This document shows, piece after piece, positions 50,101 to 56,175 of a stretch of DNA of 64,000 bases. Source of the stretch: a virus; IMG/VR virus record IMGVR_UViG_3300024302_000005, positions 1 through 64,000 of that record; one strand, written 5' to 3'. A model generated the notes under the pieces. That model did not search any database. It was not told where the DNA came from and was given only the letters and a program-made list of their open reading frames with translations. Position 1 is the stretch's first letter, and each line of letters starts with the position of its first letter. A program made the position numbers and the translations under genes.

Positions 50101-53100
50101 GTAACGATCCGAGTGCTTAATGGGTTCAGCAAGTAATCTTTAACGAAGGAGGTAGCTACGAATTCAGCGTCTCCGGTAAATATGACACCAGAGTTAGTAG
50201 ATTCTGAGAAATTAGTCTTCCGGTCACCTTTAGTGATCAGAACCGCTTTCTCTTTGATCTTCTCTTGCAGCGTCTTAACATCATCCAAGACAGCAGTGAA
50301 CAACCCAGTAAGCCCTAAGATAGGAGACTTACCAATTTGCCGCTGAGGCTTGAGTAACTTGACCCGGTTAGGGTATTCAGCTTCATCGAAGACAGGGCTA
50401 TTAGAGTTACGGCCGAACAGGGCACTAGCAGCAACCTTGAGAGCTTCTTTAGCTGAACGAATAGGTGCCAGCTGTGCAGAATCACCGAGGAAGAGTACTT
50501 TTATACCACGTTCCGCGGCTTTCTCTTTAATCAGCTGGGTCATGTTCTCACCCAGCATCGATGCTTCATCGACAACCAGTAATTTAATGCCCTCTAGCTT
50601 ATCACCATCCAGATCTTCAATATCCTCTAGACCCTCTTTCCTCTGTTTTTCATCAGTAGGAATGAGACCTAAAGCAGTCCAGATAGTACTGGCTTCCTCG
50701 CCGGTAGCCTTAGCTAGGATAGCTTTAGCTTTATTAGTGGTGGCTGTGTACAGAATTTGTTTCTTGGTCAAGCCAGAGTTTTCGATGATCTTGCTAACAA
50801 CAGTGGTTTTACCAGTGCCACCACGACCTTCAAGAACAAATTCCCTAATAGCTGATCCGGTATCTTTCAGCCAATCACCAATCTTGTCGATCGCTACCCG
50901 CTGTTCAGCGTTAGCGTATCCACCAGGAACCACCTCATATTTAGGCTCTTTGATGACTGTGTCATCTTCAGCTACCGTATCTTCTTCTGTCTCCGATACC
51001 TCCCCAGCAGGGACGTCCTCTGTTTCGGCTGCCTCAACATCTGGAGACTCTTCTGTGTTGTCCGGAGTTCCGTCCTGGTCCGCAGCATCATCTCCCGCAT
51101 CAATATTAGCCGGTGGAGCGTCTGGGGGAGGTGGGTTCTGCTCAGATACCCCTTCTTGTTCAGAAGATGTATCGCCAGCTGTGCTGCTAGCTGTATCAGG
51201 TGCAGCCTCAGCTGAGACGGTTTCCGTGCCTTCAAGATCGTTAATTGCATCTACGTCCTCTTCGGTAATATCTTCAGCTGTTCTGTTTTCTTCCTGTGCG
51301 TTTAATTCCTCTACGGCAGCAGCTAATGCCACTGCTTCTCGCGTAGCAGCAGCAGCAGTCTGAGCGAAGGTGGTGTCCTTGTGGCCCATGGCCAGCTTGA
51401 ACATAGCTTCACCGTAATCAGCTTCCTTGCTGACGGTACCAATGAACTCACCAGAGTTCTGGTGGATCTCGTATACATATTCTTTATTGTCTCGAGCTAT
51501 TTTGAATGACTCTGCGGTCATCTCAGTATCTTGGGTGTACTCCATTACCCGGTTACCGCCAGCAGCGACATTACCTCTTACGTATACCGGTTTCCCTGTC
51601 TTAGCTTCCTTCTTGGCAGCAGCCACAAAAGCATTATGCTTACGACGAATATTACCAGAGTGCACAGACATACGCTGAAGAGAAGTCTTCATGGCCAGTA
51701 CTGCAGGAGCATTACCTGGATCAGCTAGTAGTGTCTTTGCCGCGGTATTGATCTCGTCGAAATACGTGTTGAAACCTTTCCAACGGGTAGAGGTACCATC
51801 GATGCTCTCTTGGTGTACGTCTTCAGAGCTCTTACCGGCTTTAGTTAATACAGCCTTCTCTATTTCAGTTAGCTCTTTACCCAGTTTCTGGGTAATTTTC
51901 AGGTTCTCTACCTGGGCTTTATCTGCTTTGGTCTTGGCTTCTTTATCAGCTTTTTCAATAACAGCAGGAGCTACATCCTCCCCAGATATGACATTACGGA
52001 AAGTACCATCTTCTTTTTCCGCAGCAGCCGCTTCCTGTTCCTCAGCCTCTTTAGTAGCTACAGCAAGTGTAGCCAGGAATTCAGTTTTCTTAGCTTCTTT
52101 ACGGGCAATTTGTGCCTCTGTCAAAGCTCTCTTACCTACCCGTTGTAGAGTAGCTAAAGACTCTTTAAGAGTCTCCGGATTGTCAGTTATGGTGTCGAGG
52201 GCAGCATCTAATTCAGTATCGGTAATCTCCGATACGGCCAGTGCTTCCTCAGCCGCAGTCTTAGCAGCTTCAGCTGCTTTAGTCTCCGCTACCTCGGGGC
52301 GTACCCGTTCAGGCAAAGCGTCATATTCTGCTTGTACAGCTGCACGGTCCTCTGCGGTGAACTCTGGATTCTCAGCAGTTAGCTGCTCCAGTAGATCAGC
52401 ACGTTCAGCCAGAATAACCTCTTTATTGGGGTGATTAGGCGTATCTTTGAGGATTTGCTCGATCACATCAACACGTTCATTAATGGCATCACCCGCAGGT
52501 GTACCTTGAACAGTTTCTGATTGAGCTAATTGCTCACGCAATCCTGCAGCTCTGGATTTAGCAGTAGCTGCTTTAATAGGAGTTACGACAGCTGCTTTGG
52601 TTACTCCAATAGTTGCTCGTGCAGCCACCATGGCGCTTACACCACCAGGAGTACCTAGAGCTTCTGCCAAGGCATCATGAGCAATTGCACCGGTATCTGT
52701 GATCTTACCAGCTTGAGCTAGCTGTTCGGCCGTAGCAGTAATACCACCAGATACACCCTCACCAACCAGCGCTAGTGTTGGGCGCACTATGGTTAGATTA
52801 GCTATAGAAGCTGGTAGAGATTTATTTACAGCTCTAACTGTTTTCTGTACCCAATTAAGGCGAGCTATTGGGATGGCTTTAAGTGCAGCCATATCACCAA
52901 ATTTCTCAGCCACTGTGGCTACAGCAGACCATGCTTTAATTCGGCCAAGTTCTTTAGCTGAAGGCTCTCTGTTATTAGTAGTCCTGAATTCCTCTATAGC
53001 TTGGTTACCTTTACCAACAGCAAGTGACGTCAGAATAGCTGACTGCGCAATTGGACCACCAACAGTGAAGGCAATCATGTAGGGAACGCTGTCTATACCA

Positions 53101-53915
53101 GATTCCAAGAATGTACCTAGATCGTTAGTGACAGCGTTCCATGCTGCAGCCCAATTACCGTCGTTCTTAGCGATAACTTCAAATGCCTTTTGTGCTGTTA
53201 ATTGATCAGCACGGTTAACAGGGACATGTTTCTTTACACCCTTACCGAAGGCTTCAATGGCATCAAATTGAGCTTTATTTGTTGTAGCTTGTTTGTCGAG
53301 CTCAGCAATTCTTTTATGTTTGCTGGTAGCCCGGAAAGTATCATCAGACTCCGTACGTTCAACGTCTTGACCTAAAGTACGATAAGTCTCCAACTCCTGA
53401 GGAGTAACCACTTCATCCAGGCGGTTAAACCGCTTGGCACGTTGGTTGTGGAGATCTACTTCATTATTGAGAGTAGTGTTACCTGTGAAGGCAGAAGCGC
53501 CCTGAACTCCCAGGTCTACGGCCGTACTGGCTATGCCATGTACCCGGTTGCCTGCATTGCCAATAGGAGCAAAGTCCTCGATAGCCTGATTCTCTTGGGC
53601 ATCCCGGATGGCGTATGTTTTAGCTGTTAGTTCATCAAGTCCGCGGACTACGTTACCTGCAGTATTCTTGACCGAATAGGTACCGTCTTGGTGCTTGGTT
53701 ACATTACCTTGCCGATTTACAACAGGAGAAGCAGGTTCATCTGTGTAGATGTTTTGATTATTAATTCCTTGGATTACATCATTTACGGAATCATCAGCAG
53801 CTAGTTCCATATGCATACCCACTAAGCTCCCTTGCTTAGCAGACTGTATTGCTGATTTTGCAGAACGTACTCGTTGGGCTATCGATTGTTTAGCGGCAGA
53901 GACAGGACCAGCCAT
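41169..53915 (-). CDS. virion-encapsidated RNA polymerase (N4 gp50-like) with embedded SF1B helicase and two HExxH domains
   Basis: 4248 aa, no Cys seen; RNAP motifs EIDGVANG, RDLAKYPFVMSQYG, LYD; helicase motifs near aa 1000-1485; HELLH twice. Confidence 0.93.
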   Translation of the reverse strand: MAGPVSAAKQSIAQRVRSAKSAIQSAKQGSLVGMHMELAADDSVNDVIQGINNQNIYTDEPASPVVNRQGNVTKHQDGTYSVKNTAGNVVRGLDELTAKTYAIRDAQENQAIEDFAPIGNAGNRVHGIASTAVDLGVQGASAFTGNTTLNNEVDLHNQRAKRFNRLDEVVTPQELETYRTLGQDVERTESDDTFRATSKHKRIAELDKQATTNKAQFDAIEAFGKGVKKHVPVNRADQLTAQKAFEVIAKNDGNWAAAWNAVTNDLGTFLESGIDSVPYMIAFTVGGPIAQSAILTSLAVGKGNQAIEEFRTTNNREPSAKELGRIKAWSAVATVAEKFGDMAALKAIPIARLNWVQKTVRAVNKSLPASIANLTIVRPTLALVGEGVSGGITATAEQLAQAGKITDTGAIAHDALAEALGTPGGVSAMVAARATIGVTKAAVVTPIKAATAKSRAAGLREQLAQSETVQGTPAGDAINERVDVIEQILKDTPNHPNKEVILAERADLLEQLTAENPEFTAEDRAAVQAEYDALPERVRPEVAETKAAEAAKTAAEEALAVSEITDTELDAALDTITDNPETLKESLATLQRVGKRALTEAQIARKEAKKTEFLATLAVATKEAEEQEAAAAEKEDGTFRNVISGEDVAPAVIEKADKEAKTKADKAQVENLKITQKLGKELTEIEKAVLTKAGKSSEDVHQESIDGTSTRWKGFNTYFDEINTAAKTLLADPGNAPAVLAMKTSLQRMSVHSGNIRRKHNAFVAAAKKEAKTGKPVYVRGNVAAGGNRVMEYTQDTEMTAESFKIARDNKEYVYEIHQNSGEFIGTVSKEADYGEAMFKLAMGHKDTTFAQTAAAATREAVALAAAVEELNAQEENRTAEDITEEDVDAINDLEGTETVSAEAAPDTASSTAGDTSSEQEGVSEQNPPPPDAPPANIDAGDDAADQDGTPDNTEESPDVEAAETEDVPAGEVSETEEDTVAEDDTVIKEPKYEVVPGGYANAEQRVAIDKIGDWLKDTGSAIREFVLEGRGGTGKTTVVSKIIENSGLTKKQILYTATTNKAKAILAKATGEEASTIWTALGLIPTDEKQRKEGLEDIEDLDGDKLEGIKLLVVDEASMLGENMTQLIKEKAAERGIKVLFLGDSAQLAPIRSAKEALKVAASALFGRNSNSPVFDEAEYPNRVKLLKPQRQIGKSPILGLTGLFTAVLDDVKTLQEKIKEKAVLITKGDRKTNFSESTNSGVIFTGDAEFVATSFVKDYLLNPLSTRIVTAFNENNRNQGASVFNLNRDIFERLFGDTRVYGIHAVGDVLMSYSTVKLQPKDEGDAAIWNSSEYEILEVGEVEHLEFEGVSIPYQEVLMRDLINGEEIKTRIPAVTDTDTFPDGKTLQEAISAEYAKAKKRLNAEQYTKFKEQNVAVSRIANIEMHPAYAITAWKAQGSTYRNVYVMEDGLNSIGGWTNGSPKNSYQALYVATSRPTDKLVMHSANRNAGSTEVSADSINFSSQNTNVGADTTEKVESAPEGTVTAASTTELTQRQKDYDSASLTDKVIALIKKGTTANVLLQQLIDTATNPAYVELAKALVGKVGAVKVQYTGVRVQREDEEFDGYVDYDLIEGTGEVVAKLVTLSPGALNEELTLHELLHVAAVSAFKSPNSQTQRDAVAQLEAIAAHIKEYVADPANNVSDYDKSMLNRLTTIKHADELMTYGLTNKHLQRLLMDMKAIDLPNAAKPKGSIWSQLVASVSKLLGLAKTDNTLLGQVFEASGMLLVETGQANETFSTPIKKAGTKVGKKAGEFKKLILTETLPVLDATVSFVSEFVNQQIMGSTKSGITLKNKTFAELVKITKKRVGLFNIPSEAFNSPQTLMDALRAIGLSDEGAELYANRYTAYAAAYANLVTSDDYIAGNGFAPALKTPLRLLEQFSTKVEDGKTVLTGEAVLPPQVVFALMMGAQNWIAQNTNDNPLSSDQEKGEFLYGDRRRALSATDYNALEGVGLDHKQAVQSVANVILASLGISASSKYTAAYVDSLGTALGSMAFEIINNEAQVPGSTVAFINVNVGKWDFGYTPQQAKEVAESEEGDGRNFTHGQQYKHITHAVEQGSVEELEKSTELNNAAISVLTDGAENDSNSAPLQAPAKFTASSIRRSFGDVPKKMREVLEKLQNVVWGETSTLPLIAAMSEDFRGTVELLMGVVPVDEKTDTKAYVTSANASNGSKTDALDSVLKFSTAGKLKNFFFKYALQSQHRIMQVGLGVNPQNSHFTRWAVAPQGTTTFTKENLHLFQFAAMYALGYKVDKRVPVNIVSTFNEYMEDADIQEAIALLRAADSNMSKVDMEKFNAVVLKLYTKENSPYSGADISLLGGLHALSIYAPYHAAWKAHMTAMDKHAVAVETAKATGEAIPVAPEAPKMNFESDIPAEIDGVANGFAINIFQFPTFNDRETLEKHLNQTAVYIGKTPEETTHLEGGIHALNKDRDDGDKIPVDTYMDLGALIQHYSGMDVALTYHEEEKGKDQDWLDKLSETYVARSQALAYLFPDLADQDARDLAKYPFVMSQYGAGNPAVATGVAKTIISHLYQEIGVLRRLYIADKVEGAKQIEEFERQLDVLGMGNNVGNKIKNNMHKGHEFNEEIFQNVIKQIIEPRLARGLDALLGDTKDYRMAVVQAGEIMHAVFMAHFIAARDKKLADEKRSSLTESETVALVQDGLKKWLPQYKGPLSDAGVDSFIDMSKRVSDKSDSNAHTVSVRVQDHVDGGTRDVTATARQQTFSAPGVSALIRGIINTDAALLALSLDKVPHLLPLYDAAFGRPELLAEFAEIYNAEFKRLGLSPDVNLSLIMKDQMEKVLIATEQLDADNGTALMTEVENWIRDTAHVNRFLEGTDKKDVAELRQVVISHANEATQKKDELREIESTEGLEPSQMYIPNMSETNPEAGKSMDSAVAEIQAAGTAHKMAMFLIHPAVARLADSVRNYITGMFRNNSPHEVANILAQYTAETARDFVNIALADSINNPYIGGMTETLKEMFPTEDRINVREIIISLLTGDTTNNTTILEGYRAKVGAAYDGNIAKMEAELRKYEVTVDLGETQATIDADIKAVVEAYNSLGNQEKSDEKTVFSKDITKASVTALLSRFKNISRHYYGTQQEMDSHSATLQRIIDTMGRGLDSIGAVRMTVEQINGVTQGAYDSVNKRMTVSLSRQLPGNRNEYSPQEVYAHELLHAMTVQAIRDNPLIGDQIREVRKQTKKLVDKQGGFKAFLSHIPGTATPSEIKLAKDQYNYVFGPDAAHLPEEFLAYATTNPAMIRITQSFTTVLPDRGTTLAGRFVHLIDLIVDSFTRVIFRKNKENAHEESLAILVSLIDIQTRHDSQASKLETKTRDLVRGSDKMIREFISAAVHKAIKASPNNALGKVSRSAAAIGVAALGEGAARDAMVTAGYSQITGLTKALADEVGKGALTLKLIKRLLFAKVNINKLFQQVERDSVRTMNAAWKSVNSEEISKQAREAITRVVLKTDLQSLLADDVGMTPQQIVKLIGNPALIKQEIKKLAKASNLKSTSMAFKYTMELGYFLATKKRKRPQGHFNVSTIAATYLTGDALNANTIRRMDAIATLSALLSQKSEDNAVVKDMMARELEADPDTNAFEFMLNRHRAFVAMSLDNLFDGNGIQTQKGFTVDRIDDLTDMITGVDTPEERKAMARKGYPHVYKMGNIPGVPQAHNVMYVSRSMPENRHVSGILSTTGLHHSGTLLSDILAKNEKFQKADKTPDISAIRAHIAKIHKRESNLEKMGIEDEEQRLSPIRDGKNNIVDYRVIMNADSVEAIFQPDMEFQNVFAHMRSSYINKKNTIDADKATIDVLGEEWVKVYPGNEKMFVDILDPKSKYHEQYRKLPREVREYMHKFSLDGKFMVRENIVYKTFGYSALNPANLEFLQNESLGWMKTFIRRGYAGIREVMSFGMERVVMATLMVVINNFVSNLLALTIRGISPAYTAKKMREGYQAYIRYEADTEKQRDLHQKLQVASVLEKPKVQSEYDAVTAEVNNNPIHLLSAFGLNSLVVEDVNTSSSKGYLNRMNSVMQQDKVTQYTDKIPSQLTSIAKNIVLHRDSEVYRTHKKIVQITDFLGRYVMISHAVDVKGQSFEDALHDAIDQFVLFDENMHPILEVLNSMGFSPFLTYKLRNIRSVRNMLQRSPTGIGVAAGMQYGLDVETLANASGPLTGNLMPTLLGQGDLLDSASTIAGPSNVEDVWDWFTKTF

Positions 53916-53936
53916 GGTTATAATATCCCATTGGTA

Positions 53937-55628
53937 TTAAGGGTTCAGTAGTTTTTGCAGTGCCGTGTTAGACAATACTTTATTTTGCATTGCCGCTGGA
54001 AGTTGGTCCATAAGAGCTTGTAATAGTACGTCTTTACTAAGACCGGAAACATCTCCCTTATGTAGACCACCAGAGTCCCCATACCCAGGAAGATACAAAT
54101 CATTTCGATCTATGGTATCGCTGTCTCCAATGGTGTTATTCAGGACCTTTACTACGGCTACACTAATTGCAGTGGAGGAGATACCCGCTTTGCTTAACAA
54201 ATTCTGTGCTTTAGCCATTACGTTTTTAATGACCCTACGTGTTTTAGCACCATCAACAGTGGCTTCACCTGTAGAGGTAAAGCGTTGATTCAATGAGTCT
54301 GCAAGCTCTCCGTAGGAGCCTGTACGTAGTTTGCTGGCAAAGCCCAGTTCGACTTTGGTAGCACCAAGGTTAGCTTCAACAGCTGCTTCATTTAGATCCT
54401 TTACCTGCTTATCTTTGGCGTCTACCTGGGCAAGGAAAGAGCTAACATTTGGATCAGATTTAATATGTTGTTTAGCTATCTGGGCAAGATGGCGTTCTGA
54501 TAGCCCCTTGTTCTCGGGTTTACCACGAAGACCAGATACAATCTTGGATTCTAACGTAGCACGTAAATTCTTAGGAGCAGCCAAGATAGCTGCAGACATT
54601 CTACCAGTAGTATAGGCAGCCAGTACACCTTGAGTTACTACACCTCCAAGGGCATTTCGTGCACTAGAAAATGTCTGGATCTGAGCCCCTCCCGGAACTG
54701 TCGCAAGTATTGCTGCACCCGTCTGGGAGCTAAGAGAATCTTTAGTAGCCCGAGCAATTCGGGCAGTCATATCTGCAGACAGCTCTCTGGTACTCTGCAT
54801 TTCTTCCAGTTTACCCAAGGCAGCATTACGCTCGGCCGTAGTCTTACCAGGATCCGCAAGGGTATCCAGGAGAGGCTGAGCCTTGGTGTCATTGGTAAAG
54901 ACTGTTTTTTGTTTAGCTAAATCACGAAGACTTTTTGCACGGGTTTCTTCCGTAAGGGTAGCGTCATCCCGAATACGTTTTTGCTCTTGGTTAAAAGCAA
55001 TACGGGCCCGAAAGTCTTTAGCAGCATTTATTTGAGATGTAATCTCATCACGTTCGTTCTTGTCTCTGGCAAATTCCAGAGAATCTTCCAGTTGCCGTAA
55101 CCGCTTGGGATCTGCTTTTTCGTTAAATTCAATTTCTTGTTTGGTCTTTTTACGAGCAAGTTCAGCAGTATTCCGCTGGGATTCTGCTGTTAACCGTTGG
55201 GATGCAGAGGTTAGCAGGTCATCTGCTTTACCAGCTTCATCACTTTCAAAGGATGCTTGATCACGCACTTCTTGACGATCTAACCGAAGGTTCTGGTCGA
55301 CAGCACGTTGTTCATCAGCTACCCGGAAATCCTGATTCTGTAGATCTGTGACAGCAGAGGTAACTGCACTATCATCCATGAAGGCTCGTGTAGCTTCATC
55401 AGCTTGCTGAACTGCATTCTTGCGGTCAGCATCTGTAGGCAAAGACTGCAAATAGGATACAAACTCTGCAGTATCCCGTTTGGTCTTCTCATCGCTGAAG
55501 TCCTGTACTTCATCACCAAGCCCACTAATAGCGTCTCCAAGACCTTTGCCCGCATCACTGAAGGCCCTGAGAGATGCACCATGATTAGGACCAGACACAT
55601 TTCTCCAGGTAATAGGCGTTGCCATCAA
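53937..55628 (-). CDS. internal virion / ejection protein (N4 gp51-like)
   Basis: PITWRNV N-terminus, helical, no Cys seen, directly upstream of vRNAP. Confidence 0.75.
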   Translation of the reverse strand: MMATPITWRNVSGPNHGASLRAFSDAGKGLGDAISGLGDEVQDFSDEKTKRDTAEFVSYLQSLPTDADRKNAVQQADEATRAFMDDSAVTSAVTDLQNQDFRVADEQRAVDQNLRLDRQEVRDQASFESDEAGKADDLLTSASQRLTAESQRNTAELARKKTKQEIEFNEKADPKRLRQLEDSLEFARDKNERDEITSQINAAKDFRARIAFNQEQKRIRDDATLTEETRAKSLRDLAKQKTVFTNDTKAQPLLDTLADPGKTTAERNAALGKLEEMQSTRELSADMTARIARATKDSLSSQTGAAILATVPGGAQIQTFSSARNALGGVVTQGVLAAYTTGRMSAAILAAPKNLRATLESKIVSGLRGKPENKGLSERHLAQIAKQHIKSDPNVSSFLAQVDAKDKQVKDLNEAAVEANLGATKVELGFASKLRTGSYGELADSLNQRFTSTGEATVDGAKTRRVIKNVMAKAQNLLSKAGISSTAISVAVVKVLNNTIGDSDTIDRNDLYLPGYGDSGGLHKGDVSGLSKDVLLQALMDQLPAAMQNKVLSNTALQKLLNP

Positions 55629-55640
55629 TCTTCTCCTAAA

Positions 55641-56114
55641 TTAACCGCCAACGAGCTGAAGGTGGCTGATATCTGTATTGGCTTGAGTACCTTGAATGTA
55701 CCGTTGACGTGCACGAATTTGGTTATTAATGGTGGTTTCCTGGTTAGCCAGGTTGGCATCAGCAATTCTGCTCTCTTGAGCAAAGGCTTTCTTGGCAAGA
55801 CCTAAGGACTTAATAGATGCCCAACCTTGAGCTAATCGACCAAGTCCACCGAGGACACTACCTGCAGCGCCAAGGGTACCTTGGTTAAATCCGAATCCTT
55901 GTTTCTGACTATTAAAGTCAGGAATATTTGCTTTATTCAATCGAACCCGATCAGCAATTACTCTATTTTGCTCGCTTAGATCATTAGCTTGGGCAGTAAC
56001 ACCAAGCGGGACTTGAAGTCCCTGTATAGATCCATACCCACCTTGCCCAAAGTTATTAACGTCCTCATCAATATCTTCAAACTGACCGGTCTGAGCATTA
56101 TACTTACGTACCAT
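55641..56114 (-). CDS. internal virion / ejection protein (N4 gp52-like)
   Basis: Gly-rich amphipathic segment, LAKKAF...N..NQ...INNQI..RQR. Confidence 0.75.
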   Translation of the reverse strand: MVRKYNAQTGQFEDIDEDVNNFGQGGYGSIQGLQVPLGVTAQANDLSEQNRVIADRVRLNKANIPDFNSQKQGFGFNQGTLGAAGSVLGGLGRLAQGWASIKSLGLAKKAFAQESRIADANLANQETTINNQIRARQRYIQGTQANTDISHLQLVGG

Positions 56115-56175
56115 TACAATCTCCTGGGTTCATTGTTATCCGCACCCTAGCTGGGTTTGGAGTAAATGTCTATTT

